From positions 263,649 through 327,648 of the forward strand of contig JAHFJN010000001.1 in assembly GCA_023245865.1 (NCBI GenBank): a stretch of DNA of 64,000 nt. The letters are read 5' to 3'. This stretch comes from Candidatus Peribacteria bacterium (GTDB lineage Bacteria > Patescibacteriota > Gracilibacteria > Peribacterales > Peribacteraceae). The position numbers were made by a program, and so were the translations under genes. Positions 47,335 to 55,431 of this stretch are shown here, one piece after another. Numbering within the stretch: the first letter of the stretch is position 1; each line of letters begins with the position of its first letter. Under the pieces are notes generated by a model that was given only the letters and a program-made list of their open reading frames with translations, ran no database searches and was not told where the DNA came from.

Positions 47335-48696
47335 ATGCCCGTTGATCAATCAATCATCGATGCAACTCTTCGGTCCCCGTACGGTGAGCAAGCTTATCTG
47401 ATCGTGGAGAAGCTTATGGATGCGGGCTTTGATGCGTGGTGGGTGGGAGGAGCCGTGCGCGACATGCTTCTTGGTACTATTCCCCATGACATCGATATTG
47501 CAACCGACGCCGAGCCTGACGAAATTGTCGATCTTTTCTCAAAGGTGGATACAAGGTCAAAGCTGCTCGGAAGCTTGCGCATTGCGATGAAAAAGTTCAG
47601 TTTCGAAGTGACGACGTTTCGCGAAGATGATGAAGCATCCGACGGCCGCCATCCTGAGTCGATTGCATTCAGCACGCGTGAGAAAGATGCACACAGGCGA
47701 GATTTCACCATCAATACGCTCTATTTTAATCCGATCAGTCGGGGTCTGTACGATCCGTTTGGCGGAGAGGCGGATTTGAAGGAAAAATTGATTCGATTCA
47801 TAGGAATTGCGGGCATTCGCATACAGCATGACGCACTACGGATGCTGCGCGCCGTGCGATTTCGCGCCCTGCTCAATGGACAATATCACCCGGAAACGTA
47901 CGCAGCGCTCCGGGAGCTGGCTCCGATGGTCGAGACTCTCTCCGGCAGCAGGCAACTGGAAGAGCTTCAAAAAATGCTGCTTGGGCCTCACCCCGATCGC
48001 GCACTCAATGACTTGTGGGAACTGTCGATTCTGCAGTACTTCCTGCCGGAACTCGCCGCATGCAAAGGCATTGCGCAACCGGCAGATTACCATCACGAGG
48101 GCGATGTCTGGGAGCATATGCTGCACATTGTTCGTGCGTTTCGTAAGGAGGATGGTATAGACATCAGAATCGCTGCACTCTTTCATGATTGTGGAAAGGT
48201 ACAAACGTTTTCCCTGCAAGAGCGCATCCGCTTTGACCATCATGCGAGTGTGTCATCAGAGAATGCGAGAGTTGCCCTCACTCGACTGCAAATGCCCGCC
48301 GGACGCATTGAGAAAATTTGTTGGCTGATCATGCACCATATGATGATGGGATCATTCTCAGAAATGAATGATACGCGCAAAGCTCACTGGTATTACCATC
48401 CATGGTTTGCAGAGCTTCTACAACTGTTCTGGTTGGATATCGCAGGGACAACACCTCAAGACTTTTCCTTGTACGACAGCATTGTAAAGGACTATCAACA
48501 CTTTCTTGATTCTCATCCGCGACCACAGAGACCGCTGCTCACGGGAGAGGAAGTCATGACACTTGCCGGCATCCGTCCGGGCGAAAAAGTAGGGGAGATT
48601 CTCCTGTCACTGCACACTGCTCAATTGGAAAAGAAAATCACAAGTAAAAAAGAGGCGGAGGAATTCGTTCAAAGCTTGGTGCAGGGACGCAGTTGA
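47335..48696 (+). CDS. cca: CCA-adding tRNA nucleotidyltransferase with HD domain
   Basis: 453 aa: WVGGAVRDMLLG..HDIDIAT, RRDFTINTL, and HD region YHHEGDVWEH..LFHDCGK. Confidence 0.88.
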   Translation: MPVDQSIIDATLRSPYGEQAYLIVEKLMDAGFDAWWVGGAVRDMLLGTIPHDIDIATDAEPDEIVDLFSKVDTRSKLLGSLRIAMKKFSFEVTTFREDDEASDGRHPESIAFSTREKDAHRRDFTINTLYFNPISRGLYDPFGGEADLKEKLIRFIGIAGIRIQHDALRMLRAVRFRALLNGQYHPETYAALRELAPMVETLSGSRQLEELQKMLLGPHPDRALNDLWELSILQYFLPELAACKGIAQPADYHHEGDVWEHMLHIVRAFRKEDGIDIRIAALFHDCGKVQTFSLQERIRFDHHASVSSENARVALTRLQMPAGRIEKICWLIMHHMMMGSFSEMNDTRKAHWYYHPWFAELLQLFWLDIAGTTPQDFSLYDSIVKDYQHFLDSHPRPQRPLLTGEEVMTLAGIRPGEKVGEILLSLHTAQLEKKITSKKEAEEFVQSLVQGRS

Positions 48697-50705
48697 ATGA
48701 GTGCAACATGGCCGAGGAGCGTGATCGACTGCGTGTCACCGGATTTGCGAAGGTCCAAACTGATCTTTTTACGCTCATCATCGACATTGGGCGACATGGC
48801 ATGTCGCAGTCCCCAGGTTAGGCGCGTATCGAGGCTTGCTGTTCCAGCAAAGAGAACACCTTCCGGTGTCGCAAAACCAGTATTCCACAAACGGACATGA
48901 TGACGTGACCGAGGGGAACCGGAGATACTTGCGTATTCAAAGGAAAAATCCTGTGGGAAGGAACGATAAAAAACCGGTGAGACAGGTGCGGACGGAGGAA
49001 ACTCTTCCGAAAGAAATGCCGCGATGGAAATTTTAAGGAGTGAGGGAAAGGAAATACTGTCCGCTCTGTTCCATCGGGCATCCTCAAACGCATGAAGCAA
49101 ACATTGTTCATTTGCGACGATGAGGATGTTCACCGGCTGTCGTTTTCTGCCGAGCAGAGTCTCTGTGAATTCCGGCAATACGCCATCAGTAAAAAGATGA
49201 GGGATCGCCTTCGTTTCAGTCATCTGATTTTCGGCTGTCGCTACTACCCCGTTGAAATGAACAGGGAAAACAGTGAGGAAAAGAATCAAAAAAAGAACTT
49301 CAGCAAGAATAGTTGTGATAACCAATCCCCAAAGATTCTTTCCATAAGCTGGCACCAGCCGTGATTGTTCACGCAACCACTCTCCAATACTGATGGCGAA
49401 GAGAAGGCTCATAAATCCCACAAGGTTGCCTGCAAGTACATCGCTTACATAGTGCACGCCAAGATACAGTCGGCTGAAATCCACCAAAACAATGATGGAA
49501 AGTGCCATAAAAAATGCCGAAACTCTTGATCGCCAGGAGGACTGTGTACGAATAATGACGTATGCGAGGAAGCCATAGAACGAAACGACAATCGTTGCGT
49601 GCGCACTGGGAAACGAATAGCCGTGCTCCTCAATGGCAGGCAAGAGTCCCGATGGGCGCAGGCGGTGAAACACAATTTTGCATATCAATGTAATAATTCC
49701 ACTGGAAAGAAGCGCGACCCAGAGGGTGATAACAAACGATCGTAATCGATGGTGCAAGAAGAAAAGTGAAAGAAGAAGAGAAAGAACAATAACGATAGAC
49801 CATTCTCCGAGCATGGTTATGAAGTAAAAAATTTTCAGAAGCAGGCCTGTGCGGAACGCAAGCAACAAATTTTCAAATCTGACATCGATAAGCGTCAATT
49901 GATCGCCATGGAGAAAGTCTTCCGTAATGCCGAGGAATATTGCAATAATGACCAGCATAACGCCCACAAGAAACGTCAGAGGGAGCCCGTTGAATTTTCT
50001 TGTCGCAAATCTTTGAGCGACTGCCGAGCCAAACGTCGGGTACCGTTTCCCTACAGCATCAGTGATCGGCCGAATACACTGCAATGTGTCGTTCAGAACA
50101 ATTTTTCCGTTGATGATGGCCCATCGCCAGAGCAAGAGAAATACTGAGACAGTCGCAAAACCAAGGACGCAGAGAAGTAGCAACCTGGACGACAGAAGCA
50201 ACGCAACTCTCCAGGCGGCTCCGAATACGTAGCCGATGCCGATGTAAAATACAGACCACGCAGTGGCACTGATACTATCCATACTATAAAAAAGAGTCCG
50301 CGACATCCCAGCAACACCCGCTAAAAACGGCATGATGGGCCGTGTAGGACCAATGAAGCGACCAAGGAAGATGCTTTTGCGCTGGTGACGCTGAAAAAAC
50401 GGACGTGCGCGGTCGATGTGTTTTTTGAGAAATGACCAACGCTCGAGATGCATCTGCCCTCTGCGACCGATCTCATAGCTGATACCGTCACCAAATATTG
50501 CGCCAACGGATGAAAACAGACAAAGCAGCCAGAAATGGTAGTATCCATGAACGGCAAAACCGCCCATGAGGACAATCACGATGGTTCCCGGTATGAATGT
50601 GCCCGTAAAAACGAGTGATTCCGCCAAGGAGATAAGAAACACAAGCCAGTATCCTATGAGTCCCAAGTGCTGCAGGTCCGCCAAGAAAGAGGGAAGGGAT
50701 TCCAT
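48669..50705 (-). CDS. Three-module membrane protein: DedA-like + PAP2 phosphatase + LssY_C-like C-terminal domain
   Basis: 678 aa. N-terminal DedA-type helices (LAESLVFTGTFIPG). PAP2 motifs KIVFHRLRP..SFPSAH..SRLYLGVHYVSD. The C-terminal soluble domain ends ..RHHVRLW..GTASLD. Confidence 0.8.
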   Translation of the reverse strand: MESLPSFLADLQHLGLIGYWLVFLISLAESLVFTGTFIPGTIVIVLMGGFAVHGYYHFWLLCLFSSVGAIFGDGISYEIGRRGQMHLERWSFLKKHIDRARPFFQRHQRKSIFLGRFIGPTRPIMPFLAGVAGMSRTLFYSMDSISATAWSVFYIGIGYVFGAAWRVALLLSSRLLLLCVLGFATVSVFLLLWRWAIINGKIVLNDTLQCIRPITDAVGKRYPTFGSAVAQRFATRKFNGLPLTFLVGVMLVIIAIFLGITEDFLHGDQLTLIDVRFENLLLAFRTGLLLKIFYFITMLGEWSIVIVLSLLLSLFFLHHRLRSFVITLWVALLSSGIITLICKIVFHRLRPSGLLPAIEEHGYSFPSAHATIVVSFYGFLAYVIIRTQSSWRSRVSAFFMALSIIVLVDFSRLYLGVHYVSDVLAGNLVGFMSLLFAISIGEWLREQSRLVPAYGKNLWGLVITTILAEVLFLILFLTVFPVHFNGVVATAENQMTETKAIPHLFTDGVLPEFTETLLGRKRQPVNILIVANEQCLLHAFEDARWNRADSISFPSLLKISIAAFLSEEFPPSAPVSPVFYRSFPQDFSFEYASISGSPRSRHHVRLWNTGFATPEGVLFAGTASLDTRLTWGLRHAMSPNVDDERKKISLDLRKSGDTQSITLLGHVALIQLRPCTKL

Positions 50706-50745
50706 GAAACCATTGTACGCTATGAGCGTTGCAGTACAATTTCTG

Positions 50746-50764
50746 CGGGCGCGTAGCTCAGTTG
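50746..50764 (+). repeat. Exact 19-nt copy of the tRNA-Ile 5' end (nt 1-19), 96 nt upstream of the gene
   Basis: GGGCGCGTAGCTCAGTTGG occurs at 50746-50764 and 50842-50860. It is followed by hairpin GTATC-GCCTTGGA-GATAC (50770-50787) and AGCTCTGACCAAC (50812-50824). The latter is the reverse complement of D-arm 50856-50868. Confidence 0.85.
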
Positions 50765-50841
50765 GGTCGAGTATCGCCTTGGAGATACGAGCATTATAAA
50801 AAAGCGCGAAGCAGCTCTGACCAACGGTGGTATAGTTGTCA

Positions 50842-50918
50842 TGGGCGCGTAGCTCAGTTGGTCAGAGCTCCGGACTTATAAACCGGCGGTCGATGGTTCA
50901 AATCCATCCGCGCCCACC
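50842..50918 (+). tRNA. tRNA-Ile (anticodon TAT), CCA encoded
   Basis: GGGCGCG TA GCTC AGTTGGTCA GAGC T CCGGA CTTATAA ACCGG CGGTC GATGG TTCAAAT CCATC CGCGCCC ACCA. Anticodon positions 34-36 are TAT. Positions 31 and 39 are A and A. Confidence 0.85.
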
Positions 50919-50919
50919 A

Positions 50920-51372
50920 CTAAGAAGCCTTCTCCGCCTCCACTATGACTGTGAGCGGCAACATCTGTTCACCCATTTTTACACGAACCTGATGGGATCC
51001 TGTCACTTTGATCGGCTCAGCGATTTCAATGGCAGACTCCTCCACTGTAATGGAATGCTCCTTCTTCAGAGCATCAGCAATCAATTTCTCCTGTATGGCT
51101 GCATAGAGTTTGCCGGTTTTCGTCACTTTACGAACGAAGGTAACAGTCTTTCCTTGGAGTGCCTGCGCCGCTCCGGCTTCTGCGGCCTTCTCGCGCTCGC
51201 GCTCCTCCGCACGCCTGCGAATGAGGTCTGCATAGCGCTTTCGCACAAGTGGTGTTGCCACGAGAGCGGCCCGTTTTGGGAGCAGGCAATTGAGCGCATA
51301 ACCATCACCGACGACGAGCAAGTCGTTTTTCTTTCCGATGCCCTTGATATCTTCCAGTAATAATATTTCCAT
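50920..51372 (-). CDS. rplI: Ribosomal protein L9
   Basis: 150 aa: MEILLLEDIKGIGKKNDLLVVGDGYALNCLLPKRAA. Confidence 0.9.
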   Translation of the reverse strand: MEILLLEDIKGIGKKNDLLVVGDGYALNCLLPKRAALVATPLVRKRYADLIRRRAEEREREKAAEAGAAQALQGKTVTFVRKVTKTGKLYAAIQEKLIADALKKEHSITVEESAIEIAEPIKVTGSHQVRVKMGEQMLPLTVIVEAEKAS

Positions 51373-51452
51373 GGATCGCTTTGATGAAAGAGCTAAAAGA
51401 TCCTACGCGAGACGTACATCTGCGTCAATACGATGCAGTTCGGCCCGGGACA

Positions 51453-53678
51453 TTACAAAAACAAGCTTGACAACCAGTGGAAAAAACTCAGCCATCCTTT
51501 TCCTGCCTCAAAAACACGATCCTGCTGTACATACCACCGATAGAGCGTGAGAAAACGATCTGAATGAAGCGAAAGATGACCAAGATCAACTCCAAGAATA
51601 TCATCCCTGTGCGCAAATGTGTAGACAGGGGAGTAGAGAAAGACGGCTGGGACATCTTTTTTTAGTATGTCCTGAAGGTGCGTGAGCGCAGTCGTACGCT
51701 CCTTTTCACTACTCGTACCTCTGATGGTCTCGAGCAAAGCATCAGATTGAAATGACGCATACTGTGAAAGATTGTATGCATCTAAACGCAGGTCGCTTCG
51801 ATTCTTCGTGAGCTTCTGAACGCCACTGCTATGCCAGTATGGATAGCTGTCGAGATTATCAAGAAGTGACTGACCAAAGAGAAGAATATCGTAATTGCGC
51901 TTCAGAAGACGCTCCTCGAAAACAGAACGCGTCTCCGACACTTCGATTTGCACATCCACACCAAGAGTTGCCCATTGTTTTTTTATTATCTCAGCAATTT
52001 TTTTATAAACGGCAGGTGACGGGCTCGTGACGAGCGCGAGAGACAATTTCTCTCCCCGGTCATTGATGCGTGTTCCGATCGAGTCCTCGGGTGTTTTTAG
52101 CCGCATGAATCCATGGTCGAGAAACAGATCTTTCACGGAAATTCTCTGTACGACGGGGATTTTTCCCGCCTTCGAGGCAAGGAAACGATCAACAAGATGT
52201 TGTTCAGTGAGCGCTCGCTGAAATGTCGCGGCATTGGCAGCCCGAAGAACATAGACGGAATCAATCGTTTTATTTTTTTCGCCGGTCAGTTTTATGAGAT
52301 TCAAGCCGATCGCCAAACTTCCGGTCCCTCCACTTGTGGGAAGGCCGACAATCCATGCACCGGAAGCCGCAGGATTTTGCCTGAGGGAAATGCCATTGAG
52401 CTTATTTTTTGCGCTGAGGTTATGACCGGAACCAGTGATGGTAAGAACGGCTCCTGTATCGAGCAGAACAACAGACTCAACCTTGAGGAATCCGGTGGCA
52501 TTCGCTTCTCGCTGCTCCAAGAGACGCTGCAAGCGTAATTTCTCAGGAAAGTACCACTCTGATTCAAAGAGTGCACCCTGTGCCGCTTCGGGATCAAAGT
52601 GATAGCGCCAGTCTGAAGAAGCAAGCTCAAGAAGGGGAGTATCAACAATGGCTGATTCGCCTATGGCATCAACGATCTCCTGCTTGTTGGTTCCCAACTG
52701 AAGGCCCAGCCTCAAATTTTGATCTTGCAATGCCTTGCGATCAATGTTGAAAAAGAGAGCAGTGTACTGAGGAAGATTGTAATTATGTGCGGTGAAACGA
52801 TTGGGGATTGCAGGCAGTCCCTTCTCCGTATGCGGCACGAGTCGAATGCCATCAAGATTTCTGAGGTCCGAAAGAAGTGTCGGATAATCGGAAAAAATGC
52901 GAAAAACAATGCGATCGATACGATACAGCGGCGTGAGTTCACGCGGGAATCTCTCGAGCGTGACTTCCGTACTAAGCTCGGTTTCCACGATACTCTTCAG
53001 ATGGTACGGTCCCGCTCCGATAGGATGAAAACCAAAGTCAAGCGTCTGATCAAGGAGTTTCACCGGAATGCCGACAAACGACTGCTTTGGGAGAAGACCC
53101 AATGTAAGATTGCTCGGGAAGAAGCTGTACGACACATCAAGATGAAACCGGACCGTACGATCGTCAATTTTTTCAATGGAGACTCCGCGAAAATTCTGAC
53201 GGAGCAGGCTGTTTGGGAACTCCGGATCCTGAATTGTTTTGTAGGTGAAAAGAACATCGTCCGCTGTCACGGGGTGCGGGCGTGTTTTTGTGGAATCGTG
53301 CCAATAGAGATTATCCTTCAAGCGAACCGTGTATGTCTTTCCATCGTTCGATGCATTCAAGGTCGCCAAGTCATCTTCAATCCTCTTGGTTTGAGGGTTG
53401 TAACGAAGCAGTCCGGAAAATATCAGGGAATTAATGTCATGGTTCACGTCATTGGTGACGGCAAACCAAGGATTTAGCGGCTGAAGGCTACCGACCGATC
53501 CCTCAATGTACGTCCCCCCGGAAGCAGGAACAAGAATGGTATTCGCACGATAGAAGGACCAATAGAGAATGAGAAAACTGAGAGCGGCGAGGACTCCAAG
53601 AGTGACAAAGGCCCACCGTTCCCATCGCACGTACGCGCCAAGAGTCCTCTTGAGGATGGAGGCAAGAATGCGGAACAT
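51453..53678 (-). CDS. ABC-transporter family-5 (peptide/nickel type) solute-binding protein with an N-terminal TM anchor
   Basis: 741 aa. TM segment WAFVTLGVLAALSFLILYW, then SBP_bac_5-like blocks (YWHDS..VTADDVLFTY, IGAGPYHLKS). Confidence 0.8.
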   Translation of the reverse strand: MFRILASILKRTLGAYVRWERWAFVTLGVLAALSFLILYWSFYRANTILVPASGGTYIEGSVGSLQPLNPWFAVTNDVNHDINSLIFSGLLRYNPQTKRIEDDLATLNASNDGKTYTVRLKDNLYWHDSTKTRPHPVTADDVLFTYKTIQDPEFPNSLLRQNFRGVSIEKIDDRTVRFHLDVSYSFFPSNLTLGLLPKQSFVGIPVKLLDQTLDFGFHPIGAGPYHLKSIVETELSTEVTLERFPRELTPLYRIDRIVFRIFSDYPTLLSDLRNLDGIRLVPHTEKGLPAIPNRFTAHNYNLPQYTALFFNIDRKALQDQNLRLGLQLGTNKQEIVDAIGESAIVDTPLLELASSDWRYHFDPEAAQGALFESEWYFPEKLRLQRLLEQREANATGFLKVESVVLLDTGAVLTITGSGHNLSAKNKLNGISLRQNPAASGAWIVGLPTSGGTGSLAIGLNLIKLTGEKNKTIDSVYVLRAANAATFQRALTEQHLVDRFLASKAGKIPVVQRISVKDLFLDHGFMRLKTPEDSIGTRINDRGEKLSLALVTSPSPAVYKKIAEIIKKQWATLGVDVQIEVSETRSVFEERLLKRNYDILLFGQSLLDNLDSYPYWHSSGVQKLTKNRSDLRLDAYNLSQYASFQSDALLETIRGTSSEKERTTALTHLQDILKKDVPAVFLYSPVYTFAHRDDILGVDLGHLSLHSDRFLTLYRWYVQQDRVFEAGKGWLSFFHWLSSLFL

Positions 53679-53682
53679 CGGA

Positions 53683-53895
53683 TCAAATGTACCAGTCGAG
53701 GACCGTCAGAAGGAAGAAGACAATTCCCATGATGATGGTTGCTTGGTGCAATACCTTTTCCGCGCCCCTGCGCTGCACGAATGTCGTGCCCATGCCGCCC
53801 ATGCTGGTGGAAAGGCCCGATGCCCTGTGCTGCAGGAGAATACACAGACTGAGTAAGCCTGCAAGAACCGCTTGGATGGAGAGGATGAAGGACAT
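53683..53895 (-). CDS. secG: Preprotein translocase subunit SecG
   Basis: 70 aa with two TM helices flanking a Gly-rich loop (GLSTSMGGMGTTF). Confidence 0.85.
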   Translation of the reverse strand: MSFILSIQAVLAGLLSLCILLQHRASGLSTSMGGMGTTFVQRRGAEKVLHQATIIMGIVFFLLTVLDWYI

Positions 53896-53963
53896 GGAAA
53901 TAGTGTAGTAGACGAGATGTTGTGTGTCTATACTTCGATAGGCTCAGCCTGATACAGATTGTG

Positions 53964-53982
53964 GGGCGCCTAGCTCAGTTGG
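53964..53982 (+). repeat. Exact 19-nt copy of the tRNA-Val 5' end (nt 1-19), 98 nt upstream of the gene
   Basis: GGGCGCCTAGCTCAGTTGG occurs at 53964-53982 and 54062-54080. It is followed by hairpin GAGTGTTC-ACTTGA-GAACAC(G)ACTC (53986-54010) and GCTCTAACCAA (54024-54034). The latter is the reverse complement of D-arm 54077-54087. Confidence 0.85.
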
Positions 53983-54061
53983 ATGGAGTGTTCACTTGAG
54001 AACACGACTCTATAAAGATAAACGCTCTAACCAAATTTTGTTGTATACTTTGCAGCAGCAA

Positions 54062-54138
54062 GGGCGCCTAGCTCAGTTGGTTAGAGCATCTCGTTTACAC
54101 CGAGAGGGTCAGGGGTTCGAATCCCTTGGCGCCCACCA
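54062..54138 (+). tRNA. tRNA-Val (anticodon TAC), CCA encoded
   Basis: GGGCGCC TA GCTC AGTTGGTTA GAGC A TCTCG TTTACAC CGAGA GGGTC AGGGG TTCGAAT CCCTT GGCGCCC ACCA. Confidence 0.9.
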
Positions 54139-54145
54139 CAAAGTC

Positions 54146-54463
54146 CTATTGCAACGACTTGAAGATCTCCTGCATCAGGTTAATGATCGTGGAGAAATTC
54201 AGATCGAAGGGAATGTCGAGGAGCTTGCTGATCCAGGCAACCGCAAAGAAAGCTACGAAGGTAACAATGAGACCGATGATGGCGTAACGGATCGTATGCA
54301 CAGCTTTCTTGATCTTCTCTTCGTTACCGGCGGAGAGGATGAAGGTGATACCCCCGACGATGATAAAAACGAGACAGAGAATGGATGCCACAATTAATGA
54401 GAGCGCTATGAACGTCGAGATGATATCGATGATGCTGCCTTTTTCGAGAAGATCATGAAGCAT
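54146..54463 (-). CDS. Small two-TM membrane protein with TrbC/VirB2-pilin-like topology
   Basis: 105 aa. Two long hydrophobic helices (ALSLIVASILCLVFIIVGGITFIL and YAIIGLIVTFVAFFAVAWI) are separated by a short polar loop. The family call is from topology only. Confidence 0.55.
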   Translation of the reverse strand: MLHDLLEKGSIIDIISTFIALSLIVASILCLVFIIVGGITFILSAGNEEKIKKAVHTIRYAIIGLIVTFVAFFAVAWISKLLDIPFDLNFSTIINLMQEIFKSLQ

Positions 54464-54481
54464 ACGAAGGAGTGGAGAAAT

Positions 54482-54757
54482 TTAAGAAGTAGGAGGCTCG
54501 AGAATTTTGAGATTGATGCGTTGCTGCATGGTACCACCGAGCATACGCAGCAACGTACGAAGTGCCTTGACAGTTTGGCCACCCTTTCCGATGAGCTTGC
54601 CCATATCGCGATCACTGACTTGCACGGTGAGCAAAATACCCAGTTCATCGACCTTCGCTTCAATCTGAAGCGCATCCTTGTCCTCGACAATGGAAGAAAG
54701 AACGTAGTGAAGAAAAGCATACCCGGGAACTTCTGTCGATGTATCGGTTGGAAGCAT
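54482..54757 (-). CDS. KH-domain RNA-binding protein (YlqC/UPF0109-like)
   Basis: 91 aa: ..VSDRDMGKLIGKGGQTVKALRTLL.. (GxxG KH loop). It is directly downstream of rpsP, as in many bacteria. Confidence 0.8.
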   Translation of the reverse strand: MLPTDTSTEVPGYAFLHYVLSSIVEDKDALQIEAKVDELGILLTVQVSDRDMGKLIGKGGQTVKALRTLLRMLGGTMQQRINLKILEPPTS

Positions 54758-54768
54758 ACCGAAAAAGT

Positions 54769-55113
54769 TTACTCTGTCTTGGGTACGGTGTCACTGGCAG
54801 GTTTTTCTGGTGCTGCAGGAGCAACCTCCCCCTTGGACTTCCTCTTGGTATAGCGTTTGATATAGGAATCCATTCCCTTCATACCGTCGCGATGCAAGAC
54901 ACGAGCCAGCGTATTACTGGGAATCGCGCCATTTTTCACCCAGTGTAGAATTCTCTCCGTATCATATTTCAACACCGGCGTTTTCTGGGCGGGAAGGTAA
55001 TGCCCGAGCACCTCCAAGAACTTTCCTTTAACAGCCCGTGCTTTCTCTGCGGCCACGATACGATAGGTCGCGAGATTACTTCGGCCGGTACGCTGCAGAC
55101 GAATAACAAGCAT
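54769..55113 (-). CDS. rpsP: Ribosomal protein S16
   Basis: 114 aa: MLVIRLQRTGRSNLATYRIVAAEKARAVKGKFLEVLGHY. Confidence 0.93.
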   Translation of the reverse strand: MLVIRLQRTGRSNLATYRIVAAEKARAVKGKFLEVLGHYLPAQKTPVLKYDTERILHWVKNGAIPSNTLARVLHRDGMKGMDSYIKRYTKRKSKGEVAPAAPEKPASDTVPKTE

Positions 55114-55128
55114 AACGAGGCGCCTATA

Positions 55129-55431
55129 CTAGTGAGAGGGAGTCGAGCGCGCAAGGCGTACATCTCGAATCACGGCAAATGGGCACTCTTGCTGCAAAAA
55201 AGAACGCAAATCAGAAAGAGCAGCCTGACATTCCTGGGCTGCAATGGAATGCGTGCAGGCTATAAAAAGCGTTCCATCATTGATTTTGAGTACTTCAAGA
55301 TAGGGCGCAGCGGAGGGAAGCTGCTCTGCGATCCATGAACGCGCTCGGTGGACGACCAAAGCAGAAACAGCGTGCTCCTGGAGACCGCGCTTTTGAAGAA
55401 CGCCGGGGAGAAGCTTGAAAATATGTTCCAT
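55129..55431 (-). CDS. DUF721 (DciA-like) protein
   Basis: 100 aa. The pattern KLLPGVLQKRGL...AL.V..A..W....L......L.V..I.DGTLFIACTHS.AAQE resembles DUF721. Confidence 0.6.
   Translation of the reverse strand: MEHIFKLLPGVLQKRGLQEHAVSALVVHRARSWIAEQLPSAAPYLEVLKINDGTLFIACTHSIAAQECQAALSDLRSFLQQECPFAVIRDVRLARSTPSH

Noticed and set aside
47335-48696. Apparent redundancy of a CCA-adding enzyme when all seven tRNA genes encode CCA
   Set aside because: This is not unusual. Many bacteria with genomically encoded CCA keep cca for 3'-end repair.
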